The notes under the pieces were generated by a model. The model had not been told where the DNA came from and ran no database searches. It saw only the letters and a program-made list of their open reading frames with translations. Positions 13,901 to 25,285 of a stretch of 64,000 nt of DNA are shown here, one piece after another. The stretch is from Bugula neritina. Lineage: Eukaryota > Animalia > Bryozoa. The stretch spans positions 2,946,741-3,010,740 of the forward strand of contig OZ037768.1 of assembly GCA_964035545.1 (NCBI GenBank). Reading direction: 5' to 3'. Both the position numbers and the translations under genes were made by a program. The number at the start of each line of letters is the position of its first letter. Position 1 is the first letter of the stretch.

Positions 13901-16900
13901 ATACATGTATAGTATACATATATAGTATAAATACATAGTATGGGTATATAAGAAATAACAGTACAAGTGTTATCATAATGAACATATAAGTTAGAAGGAA
14001 GTAACAAGCTGTGCGGAATTGTCAGCATGAATCAAAATAACTTATAATATAATTTTCAGTTTAGGAAATAGGGAGGCAGAGTTTCATATGTTACCAACAA
14101 ATGCTACATACACAGAGTTATGGCTGCGCACACTATTTTAAGGAGGACAACTCCAACAATGCTGATAGCTCAAAGCACTCACTGGCTTACCTTTTTATTT
14201 GCTATGTTCACATCAGATTTATGCTTTGCCAGGAATATTGCGGCAGCTTCTAGTTTGTTTTTGACGAGATTGTGTAACAAAGTATCTCCAGTGACTGGGT
14301 GGGTCGTGTTGACAGCGCAGCCCTTATTTATCAACTTGGCTGCCATAGAATTCTCGTCTAGAGGCGCTGACGTGTTGATATAGAGGGTCATGGACAAAGC
14401 TGACTCGCTGTCGGCATTTAGTTGATCCAAGTTGATGCCGGCGTGTTCCAGCAGCGTATCAAACACAGGAGTAGACAGGGATTTGATGGACACGTGGAGA
14501 GCCGTACTACAAATATATTAAAATATATAGGTTAGCAACAGTAACACACATAATAAACACACCGTGTTATAGCTTATTGTGTACAACAGACAATATCTCG
14601 GTCATTGTAAAAGTGAAAGTCATAGTCTCACAGTATTCAAAGTACCTCCAGCTAAAGTTTCCCACATTTTAATCCATTTTAAGCAGACATATTGTTAATT
14701 AGCAATCCACATCAACTTGGCTAGAATAATCATTCTGTAGAAATAGCAAACCACTGCCGCCTTTTCATTGAAACAGCAGAATGTGATCAGAAACTGGAAA
14801 TAACTTTTAAAAAAAATCACACATAAGATTAAAGGCAATGACACTAATAACTTATAACAAGGAAAGCTTAGATGCTACTAACTATATTCACCTCCTATGA
14901 ACAAATTGAACATCTCCACAAGCTTTCAACAATATGAAGAAGGAAAAGATGATATCCATACAACTCACTTTCCTTCGTTGTCCTGTAAATTAGCATTAGC
15001 TCCAGCAGCCAGCAGACTGCGCGTGACCTTCACCTTAGCTCCAGCATCCAAAGAACTGATTGGAACAATATGCAAGGCTGATTTCTTATGCTCATAGGTT
15101 GTGTGGTTCACATCTATTCCATTCTCGATTAAAAAGCAAGCGGAAAAATCATCTCCTAAAATATCATACTTTTTACATAAAATGACTCCATAACACACCA
15201 TTTACAACACAACAGCAAAAGTAATTCCAAGAAGAACAATTCACAGTTGTTTATATTCACAATCTTTCTGAATTTCCCAGAGGGGCGAATGTTAAACCCT
15301 TCGACAAAACACCTTGAAGGCTGTCAAAGTAGCACTAGGGCAAAGCTGGTTGACCCAACACTACTGATGGCCTTCACAAGCCCCCCACCCAATAAACCAG
15401 AGCTGCTCCCTGGAAGTAAGTCTAAACACTGTACCCTTATTCAGAGCCTTGTAGAGCAGGTTCTGTCCCTGGTGGTCCAGGATATTCAGGTCGGTCTTGT
15501 TCCTGACAAGAGTGTCAGCTATCCCCTTTTGCTGCCGAGCCAACGCCAGCTCCAGCGGCAGCACTCCGTCAGCATCTCTCTCATTCAATTTACTTTCAAG
15601 CTACAAAAATTCCGTCAAAGTGAAACAACAGGCCTACATGTGTTTGTATAATCAGATCATTACAGCTGCCCCATTGTGAGCATAGCGAAATTCCACCAAT
15701 AACTCAGCGAGGATATAATTTAATAGCCAGAAAGAGAGCTTATGGCATTAATAGCCTATTAAACTAGCAGTAAGTTATTTGCCGAAAAACTGGTAAAAGA
15801 AATACTGAATACATTTTCTAGCAATCTATCAAGTATATAACTGTCATTGAAATGCATACCTGAGAGCTAAACTCAACGATATATAAAAATACAACATCTT
15901 CTCTATGAGCTTTGATAGCTCTGTGAAGTGGAAACTTAGACTTGGATCTGAACATCTGGTAAAGCAATGGGGCGGGCATACATGCAAAGTCCTCACTGCT
16001 AAAATCATCCTACAAAATGGCATGAATAAGACAAACCAAACTCAAAGTATCAACAATACAATCTAGCATATGTGCTTCAATACAGGAAACGCCCACTAAT
16101 CAACAGCTGTGTGTATTGACTATCATAACTGCTTCTCCTCTAAAACATATACTAGTTTCACCATAATAACAGTACAGCAGCAACACCAACTCAATATTAT
16201 CATAAATGAATTGTCAACTCTACTAAAACACAAGCAATATAATATGATAGTGATTCTGCTTTAACAAGTGTACAGTAGCAATACTAACGCTACCATAACA
16301 CATGTACATCAGCAATATTAACACTACCATAACACATGTACAGTAGCAATACTAACACTACCATAACACATGTACAGCAGCAATACTAACACTATCACAA
16401 CACATGTACAGCAGCAATACTAACACTACCATAACACATGTACATCAGCAATATTAACACTACCACAACACATACGTACATGTACAGTGGCAATACTGAC
16501 CCAGTGATTAGATATAAGCTCAGAACAGTGGTTTTTCAGAGTCTCAGCGTTAATATCATTAGCTGTCTGATAAAACTTGATGCAGTTTTGTACAGTGACA
16601 TGGGAAGTGAGGGCTTGCTCACACCTAGAAAAGACAGCAGGAACCAGGCTTAAGTCATAACCTTTACGACATCATAGCTGACAGCAACTGGCAGCAGTTT
16701 CAGTAGACTTACCTAATCATTAGGGGACTCAGCTGGTAGCACCCCGCAGATTTCAGAAGAGATAAGAGAAATTCGCTATTTGAGTTCACTTCCATTACAT
16801 CTGAGTATATCCATTTCACTAAGGCTGATCCCACATCAAACCCTACATCTAATACAAAGGAAGCCATAAACAGTTGCCTTTTATTTCAATTTGAAAAATC

Positions 16901-18226
16901 CAAGCTACATGCATGAATAAAAATCTTAGAATTCACTTGCAATATCATACAAAATTACATACATCCACTAAAGACGACGATATATTTACGTGCACACAAC
17001 GTACATCAACAATAGAAATAAGTAAATATTTACCACTGGACATGGTTAACTCAGATATGGTGTCTAAATCAACTCCCCAATGATCAGATCGTGCTTTCAG
17101 AACAAATTTGTGAGCCCGGATTGTTTTACCGTCCACATTAATGACCAAGTCACTGTAATCAAACATTTGCTAATATGAATCTATATTCAGCTTTACATGC
17201 ACAAACCTTAAATAGACTAGAATTAACAAAACTTCAGTATAGATTTGTTTGGTATTTGGTAAATCTACAAAATTCTTCTAGCTAGTTCGATTCAGTCAGA
17301 TGAGTAATATCTAGTTGCAATCTACTCAGTAACTAGTAAAAAGTAAACAAAATAAAAACTGCCATTTTCCTCATATTCATAATGATACAGAGAACATGGT
17401 GCCTAACAGTGGTAAAAATACAGTCATGTAAAAGTTTCACAAATTATGGCTAATTTATTACTAAAAATATAAAATGGTCGCTATACATTCTGCTAGCAAC
17501 AGAACCTTTTATAACTTTAAAAAGTAAAGCACCTGTATTGCGATTTATCATAGAGCTGTGATACAATAGACAGCAGGCGAAATACAAATCCGTCTCCACC
17601 AGACTGAGGAGAAGCAGCGCTTGCAATCTCATATTTCCTGCTTATCTCTTCAAACTTTGTCTGAAGTTTGACATACTCCTCTCGCAACAAAGAAAGGTGC
17701 TTTTGAAGTTTTAACTCGGCTGCAAAACATTCATGATTCAAATTGAAAATACAAATTTTATAATTCGACAGTATCTGACACAAATTTCAACCCTACTAAA
17801 ATTGGCTTATTTAGAAATCATCTTTTCTTATATTGCACTTGACCCTGTAACATTTTATCCAAAGTGTTGGTATTATTTCCCATTGTAAATTTGCCTTTGC
17901 GGCGCTTCCTAGTTCATCATTCATGATATTGGTAGTTCAGGCCTGAATATTTAGAGTTATAAGGAGTGAACTACTATTACTATTAATATAACAAATAGTA
18001 AGAGCAATAGTAATACTAGAGGTTTTAGTACTACTACTAAATTTACTAATTTCGTATTAATGATTTACTTTTACTTTTAGTAAGCAATTTTAAATCAGAA
18101 GTCTGATGTTCAAGTACTAGTAGTAATACTACTAAAAGTAAAAGTAAAAAGCTCAACTTCACACTTTTTTATTTCAAGACAGTGCCTTGCAACTAGCTTA
18201 GTGCATATATACGTACCCTCAGACAT
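4977..18226 (-). CDS. ANKFY1: Rabankyrin-5 (BTB + ankyrin repeats + C-terminal FYVE), >20 exons; first exon ATGTCTGAGG at 18226-18217, stop at 4977
   Basis: N-terminus MSEAELKLQKHLSLLREEYVKLQ. BTB motif YSDLVINVDGKTIRAHKFVLKARS. Many ankyrin repeats (GETVLHLAAQHG, QTPLAVAL, GWTPFATAM). FYVE motif W..CLECASKFSIKNRKHHCRHCGRLLCGKC...PVRVCNTCFD. Confidence 0.95.
6041..6550. repeat. 20-bp minisatellite TACCTGTATT(A/G/T)TATTTACTC, ~25 copies, spanning an ANKFY1 splice donor
   Basis: Direct reading of the sequence. Confidence 0.97.
7036..7312. repeat. 29-31-bp minisatellite ATAACTACAC(AC)AACTGTAGTAACACATGTTCAT, ~9 copies
   Basis: Direct reading; abuts the ANKFY1 donor at ~7315. Confidence 0.93.
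7406..7690. repeat. Degenerate ~22-25-bp minisatellite (ACTATATAACCAAACAGAATAT)
   Basis: Direct reading; starts at the ANKFY1 acceptor at 7406-7407. Confidence 0.88.
8068..8462. repeat. 28-bp minisatellite AGTAACTACAACACAGTAGAGATGAGTT, ~14 copies, spanning an ANKFY1 acceptor
   Basis: Direct reading of the sequence. Confidence 0.97.
11261..11667. mobile_element. Non-autonomous piggyBac-type DNA transposon (MITE) in an ANKFY1 intron
   Basis: TTAA-CCCTTTCGTGC at the left end and GCATGAAAGGG-(T)TTAA at the right end. Internal palindrome GCGTCYACATATGTGGA occurs twice (~11279, ~11510). No ORF. Confidence 0.78.
13525..13935. repeat. AT-rich ~15-bp degenerate tandem repeat (ATATATAGTATACAT)
   Basis: Direct reading; starts ~35 bp from the ANKFY1 acceptor at ~13492. 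Confidence 0.92.
16270..16500. repeat. 31-bp minisatellite AGCAATACTAACACTACCATAACACATGTAC, ~7 copies
   Basis: Direct reading; the terminal copy supplies the ANKFY1 donor at 16499-16500. Confidence 0.93.
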
Positions 18227-19842
18227 ATTTAAAGTTGCTTTTCTGCCCTTACAAATAAAAGTATATAGTATAGTAACACATCAGTGGCATAATTTTAAAA
18301 GAGGACATTTTGCCTTATGGAAAAATTAAAATGCCAACCAAAAGGCGATAGAAGCTTTAGAGACAGAACAATAATGGATTCGCTTGTACAACCTAAAATT
18401 CTAATACCTAAAATTCTAATACCTAAAATCACGATTGAGTTACGTAGTCCACCCGTTATGTACTAGCAGAAAATAACTTTTTGGTTTGTGATTTGCCAAG
18501 TTTTAGCGAGTCTGATATAAATAATTATTGTAAATGTCTCTATCTGAAAAATAAATTAAATATAACTTTAAGCAGAATGCTTCCATTTTTAATGTCAATT
18601 TTGTTGACATTGCCTTACTCATCCAGTCACAATGATATTCATACTGATAAAGGCTCAAGTAAATAATATTAGTACTAATAATAATTATAATACACTTACA
18701 GTGTGACTATGAGACTGAGTATGACTGCCAGTACTTTAGTTTTACTAAAAGTAAAAGTAAATGTAATACTGTAACTGTAAGTCTAAGTGTGATAGTGATA
18801 GTAATACTGATACTGATAGTAACTCTAAATCAGTAAATGTAATACTAAAGTTATAGTAATACTTCTAATTATAGTTATACTAACAGTAATAGTTATACTA
18901 GTACTAATAGTAATAGTAATAATCATAATGATGCTGGTACTGATAGTGATAGTCGGCATGATAGTGATTTTCATATTCATATTGATATTCAAATTCATAT
19001 TACTTATTATTTATTAATATTAAGATTTAAAATTTCAAGTTATATTTAACCTTATAGCTACTTGAATGTTTAGACACTTATAGTTATAGTAATAGCTAGA
19101 GTTAGACGTTTTACATTTAGGCCTAATAATTTATTTTAATTTATATTAATATAATAATCTTTAATTTGATGTACATTTTAACAAAGTAATAATAGTATTA
19201 GATATCATCATATTTATTTGCATTACCATTATGGTGATAGCCATGAGTATTATAGTTATAATTTTGTAGTCTCTCATGAGTCATGGCTATGCCTATGGTC
19301 ATTCTTGGTCTGAGTCTCAACAATCAATGTGATCATCACATTTATGTTCTCCAGGGTCGCCAACCAATTCTTCATTACAATGTTTGATTATTGCTTAATT
19401 AATTTAATCAGCACAAAGGAGATTAATTAAAAATGGTGAGCATGTTGCTATGGGCAAAATAGGTGAAGGTTGCTGTTGTAGGAGCAACTGCAGTGACAAT
19501 CACATGTGCAAAAAGAGGAAAATATGGCAAAAAAATTGAAACTCCTTCTGTGGACCAGCTTTTATAGATCTAGTTAAAAATTCTACACCCATCTTGTATG
19601 CTTAGTTAGGCAATGCCAGGACTCAAGCCCTCTTTGATTAGCAAAGCAGTAATAATTTTTATAATTAGTGGCTTTTAAAATAAACGACATTTTTAATTTC
19701 TTTAGTTAAAATTTGATATGATACAAAATAAAATTCATCTTTTACAGTGAGAAGTTAAAGATTTGCTAATGGCTTAATTTCATCAAATGTAGACCACTCT
19801 GGTATATATTTATTACAAAGAATACAGAAGAAACTCTGCAGC
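18227..19842. promoter_or_regulatory. Probable divergent promoter/5'UTR region shared by ANKFY1 and ATF2-like
   Basis: Head-to-head start codons ~1.6 kb apart; 15-bp direct repeat ACCTAAAATTCTAAT x2.7 at 18391-18430. TSS positions not determined. Confidence 0.6.
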
Positions 19843-22800
19843 ATGGATGATGATAAACCATTTAGTTGCACTTTCAGAGGTTGTAATGAGGTAAAAAAAT
19901 ACCTGAAGTACAATAGATATAATGTATTAGGTTATATACAATATATTAGGTTATATAATATAATAGAGATAGTGTGATATATTGTATTTATTATGTCTTG
20001 TTATATAATATAGGTAATTTCTTACATTATATTGCCTAACAGATTTAATCTGTTGTATTATATAAACTTAATTATCCAATATAATATTATCTATTAAAAA
20101 TGCTAGATGTATAACCTAATATAATAAATTTAATCTATTATATTATTCTGTTGACATGGTGTCATTTATTAATAGAAATTTGTGACAGAAGACAGGCTGT
20201 CTGTCCATGTTCAGAAACATGATCTCAACTTTGATGGGCTCACAGCTTCATTATTCACAGGTAAAAATGCCCGCCCTACACAAATAGACTTGTTAGCTAG
20301 TTTCACAATGTTGCGCAAACATCATTATGTAGATTTTTTGCTTAGCTTGAAGTTTTAATTCTTTTATTAAATTGTGAGTGCACAACTTCACGCTATAAAT
20401 ATTCACTAGAGTTAGTGCCGTCATGTCTGAAAAACAAGATTGGTCTAATAGTTGCAAACGCACACAATATTATGTTGCCAAAGCAGCTTCATTCAAACGC
20501 AGTTTTAAAAATAAACAAGTATTGCATTTTTTGGGTCAGCATTTAAAATTTACGATAATATAGCGGGTTATCAATCAACGTTGTAGATCAAACACCAACT
20601 CCGACCACATTTCTTCGAGATTGTGATAACTTGGGGCTCTTCCAGGATCTTCCTCTCACTTCAAAGAACCCATTTGATGAATCTTTTAGAAAAGCTGTGA
20701 GTGACCCGGATGTAAGTGTTTCAGTTTATGTGAAAAACTTACTAACTGTTACCTAGCAACTGTTGTCAGTGTAGCTTAGTAACTATTGCCTAGCAACTGC
20801 AGCGATGTAGCTTAGCGACTGTTACCTAGCAACTGCTGTCAGTGTAGCTTAGTGACTGTTACCTAGCAACTGTTGTCAGTGTAGCTTAGTGACTGTTACC
20901 TAGTAACTGCTGTCAGTGTAGCTTAGTGGCTATTACCTAGCAACTGTTTTCAATGTTTATTGGTAACAGATGATTGATGCTATTGTTATAGAAACATATT
21001 TTTGTTGATCTCAATTACATTTTTCTTGTTTTATAATTTTGAAAATTGTAGTTGTTCTATCAATGCATTAGAGAATAACTCTTGAGTTTATGAAATGTAA
21101 AATGTTATCAATTATTCAGAAACAAGTTAGTTTCTTCACAAGAACTGTATGATTTAGACCGACAGTGCAGGCAATGGAGGTGACACACCACTGCTGCCCG
21201 ACAGCGCTAATGTCCTTGGCTCTCTCGACACTCCAACATCACTGAAATACTTGCCTAGTTTCATGAAGTGCAACTCCATCTTCCTCACTCCAGATGTCAA
21301 TAAACTGCAGACTCAAATGAGCAATGGGAATCTAGATACCCCCTCCTTAGATACTAAGTCATCGTCGAAACGGGCTATTCCAGACAGTCCCTTTTCTGCA
21401 GCACCCCCCAGCAATCTGCTCTTAGGGCTACCTCGGTCTTCAAGGTCAAGGAAATCTTCAACTTCCACCTTGTCAGATTGTGGCGGTTCGGAATCAGTCG
21501 TCAGCGTTTCTTCGAGGTAGCGGATTTACAGACATCTTTCCCATCTTTAGAGGTTTTGGTAAAAATATTTTTACCGCTTGCAACTTAGTTTTCCAGCAGT
21601 AATTCTAAGATTAGTATTTCAAATTTCTAGCAGTAGTATTTTTGGTCACTTTGAAGGCTCAAGTATTTGAGTTGTAATCAATGTAAAATTGTGTAATTAT
21701 TCTTATGTTTTCAGTGCAGATATTGTTGGGTCAATGACACCTGATGTTATCGAGTCTCCAATTGCCCCCGCTATTGGCAGTGTTTCCGGGGAAGACAACT
21801 CCGCCATAGTATTAAGTCATGTTCAGCCTCAGCCTAGTGCACCAACAGTGCCGGGTGCGGTGGCTTTGCCTGCCCTCCCTCTCAAAGTACCAGTGCCTTC
21901 GTCTCAAATAGTCACTGCTAGTCTTCCAATTGTATCATCCGTTGTTCCAGCAGTTAACAAAAACACCCAAAGTGTAGTGCTTCATATAAACAACTTGGGG
22001 AAAGTGTGTCTTATACCCGCCTCACAGCAAATAGTAGCTGGCGCAGGCACTCAAGCTAAAGTTATTCCCGTATCGATGTCTCAAAATCCCGTTAAAGTGA
22101 CTTCTCACGCCAATGGAATGCAGCCAACTAGCAATACGTCTGCACCTCAGAGCCTTGCAGCAGACAGTAGTCAGTCATCACTGTCCTTAGCTAAACAGGT
22201 TTGTATCAATATAGTAACTAAACTCTAATAATAAATGCTGAGTTCTATAAGGCTGTCAATTCTGGCAAGTAATGTTAGTATAAAACTTTCTAGTGGAAGA
22301 AAATGTTTTAATTTTTGGTTTATTTAGTATGTACTAATAGTTTGAGGAAGGAATTGCTGAATTACCATGATAGACTTGTATGGATTAAATGAAATGTTTA
22401 AGATAGTATAATTTCTTGTAATAAAATTACTTGCCCTAATAAAAAACATTGGTTATGTTGTTAGAACGAAAGTTTCGCATGTAAGTTTCAAATTTCATTA
22501 AAAAAATTACAAAATTATTTTTAAACTTGGTGATAAATGTAAGTGTTTAATACTAGAATTTTTTCAAATTCTTTTAGTAATATGTGCACTACTAAGTGAT
22601 ATTTTACCTCATATAATATATGTATAATGTAAGTAATATATCGTATACTGTATGTAATATATCATATACTGTATGTGGTATATCATATACTGTGTGTAAT
22701 ATATCATATACTTTATGTAATATATCATATACTGTATGTAGTATATCATATACTGTGTGTAATATATCATATACTTTATGTAATATATCATATATTCTAT

Positions 22801-24503
22801 GTAATATATCATATAATTCATGTAATATATCATATACTTCATGTAATATATCATATACTCTATGTAATATATCATATATTCTATGTAATATAACATATAT
22901 TCTATGTAATATATCATATACTCTATGTAATATGTATGTTAATAGAAACTGAAGCAGGCCCTCACGAAGCAGCAGCAAACTCAACAGTCAGCAGATGGCA
23001 CTACCTTGTCAGATACTGAAACCAGTTCTACTAGAAGGTTACTATGCCTGCTATACTATGCCTGCTATACTATAACTACTATACTATAACTACTATACTA
23101 TAACTACTATACTATAACTACTATACTATACCTGCTATACTATAACTACTATACTATAACTACTATACTATACCTGCTATACTATAACTACTATACTATA
23201 AATACTATATTATAAATACTATACTATAACTACTATACTATAACTACTATACTATAACTACTATACTATAACCTATGACGACTAATTTAATGAGCCAAAG
23301 TACGTGTCAAATATACTGAAAATAAATTCTGGTGATGGGATTTTTTGGAACTAAATTATTTTCCCTAATAATCACAAAACCTGTTATGAAGAACACCAAC
23401 TCTTTTAAGCTGTTCACTCATCAGATACAAACTCAGTAAACTTAAGCATAGAGAACTGTCAATCAAATCTTATCCTGAACTTGCTGCAATTCATCTTGTG
23501 TTTTGCATGTATATTGCAGTCGTCACCCCAGCAGCCCTACTAGAGGGTTGAAAAGGATGTATAGTAGATCTGATAATGACGAAGAGATGGACAAAAGACT
23601 GAAAAGTCTACAACGAAATCGGTAGGTGTTGTATCTAGGTACATAATATATTAATTGTAACACATTATAACCTAAGTTATTTTCAATGCAGGAGTTGCCT
23701 TCCTTTTTCCTATAAATATTTCACTACTGTGAGCTTGCTCAACTGGCAAAAACACTTTTCATCACATATAGACTGTCTTCCCATGCTTTTAGAGCCACTG
23801 CTAAGTAAATCCTGCATTGAATTTCATCAGTGAAAGACATTGTGGTAGGCATAAAACATGGAAAGGCAGTGACAGTAGAATTGTTCCCTGCTGTAGTAAT
23901 TTTGGGTATACCTTTTGATGTATTCTGGAAAAAACTATCCTGTCTAAAATACGCTACAGTATGCCTTGCGTTTTGTAAAATATTATAGTGTTGGGTGTTT
24001 TGAAGGGATGCTGCCCGAAGATGCCGGAAAAAGAAAAAGGTGTTTATGCAGTCTCTAGAAGAACGGTTGAAAGCATCTAATCAGCTGATTGCTCAGTTAC
24101 AGGTACATCTCTACCGTGCTAATCTAGTTCAATCATCTCCATCAGTTGTTAATGAGTACTCACTGATGACTCACTCAGATTTACTGATGACTCACTCAGA
24201 CTCACTGGTGACTCATCGATGAATCATTATTTTTACAAAACCTGGTCACCTGAAAATTATGTCAAAATCATGATGCCTCTTTCAAATCTGATTTGTGATG
24301 TACATTGCTATAGCAGTCTGTGTATGTTATTGTAAAACAATCTATTAGGAGTTATTACTTCTTTAACAATTTTTTGTTCTTCTATAGTCTGAAAACACTA
24401 AACTGAAAGTAGAGATTGCCCAACTAAAGAGTCTATTTATAGCGCACAAAGACTGTGAGGTTACCAAAATGCAAATAACTGAGGGCTCGCTCTCATCATA
24501 CCC
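19843..24503 (+). CDS. ATF2: ATF2/ATF7/CREB5-family bZIP transcription factor (exons ~19843-19890, 20176-20260, 20587-20711, 21158-21516, 21715-22198, 22946-23037, 23520-23621, 24006-24101, 24388-24503; final exons near 24950-25435 uncertain)
   Basis: MDDDKPFSCTFRGCNEKFVTEDRLSVHVQKH C2H2 finger. DQTPTPTTFL MAPK phospho-site motif. bZIP KRLKSLQRNRDAARRCRKKKKVFMQSLEE...LKSLFIAHKDCEVT. Confidence 0.88.
20744..20948. repeat. 37-bp minisatellite, 6 copies, each with a GTTACCTAGCAAC-type palindrome
   Basis: Direct reading; core motif at 20748, 20785, 20821, 20858, 20895 and 20932. Confidence 0.93.
22622..22935. repeat. 21-bp minisatellite TGTAATATATCATATACTCTA, ~15 copies
   Basis: Direct reading; ends ~10 bp before the acceptor at 22944-22945. 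Confidence 0.95.
23040..23275. repeat. 14-bp minisatellite TATAACTACTATAC, ~16 copies
   Basis: Direct reading; begins at the donor at 23038-23039. Confidence 0.95.
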
Positions 24504-25099
24504 GTAAGTGTTCATTAATCGACTTTCAAATCCCATTCTATGTTGAATTTGAGTGAAGTTATGTCCTGCAGTTGTTTCACTTCCTTTGACCGCATTTCAC
24601 AATGCAGTACTCAATTTTTTAATACCTCTGATAAAGCAGGTATTGCCACTGTAGATTTCCACACAAACTGCTGCGAAAACTTTGCACAGGCTATGAAATA
24701 GGACTGTTGTGTGCAGATTTCATGTGGACAAAAAAGCTAAACGAATGCTGTGTAAACTCCTCTGTGGTAGTGATCTAATTGACTGGCAGTTCAGCATATG
24801 GCTTTGCACTCTAAATTCTGCTCCATATGGCAGGACCCTCATAACTTTTCTAACAGTAAAATAGTATTCTTGCAGCTCACTTATAATTACAGTTAATAAA
24901 CACCTTTTCTATATAATTTGTATATAATTCATATGTTGCAGTCTCTCCTAGCAGTCAATATCCTGGCAGCACTCCGTCCTCAGTGCTGCCTCATTCTTTG
25001 TGCAGGTTAGTTTTTTTCAAGTTATGTCCATGTTTATTTTGTCATTGAGCAACAATTATAAATAAGTATAGTATAGTATAACAGATGGTGCTGGGTGTG

Positions 25100-25285
25100 G
25101 CAGTATATTATAGCATATAATGCAAATAGTGCATTATATTATAGCATATAATGCAAATAGTGCATTATATTATAGCATATAATGCAATTAGTACAGTATA
25201 TTATAGCATATAATACAAATAGTACAGTATATTATAGCATATAATACAAATAGTACAGTATATTATAGCATATAATACAAATAGT
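25100..25285. repeat. ~31-bp minisatellite AGTATATTATAGCATATAATACAAATAGTAC, ~6 copies
   Basis: Direct reading of the sequence. Confidence 0.9.

Noticed and set aside
13492-14028. Repetitive N-terminus of the 276-aa ORF and neighbouring ORFs
   Set aside because: Intronic AT-rich repeat; only ~13013-13491 is an ANKFY1 exon.
22604-22984. Four overlapping repetitive ORFs
   Set aside because: Products of the 21-bp intronic array.
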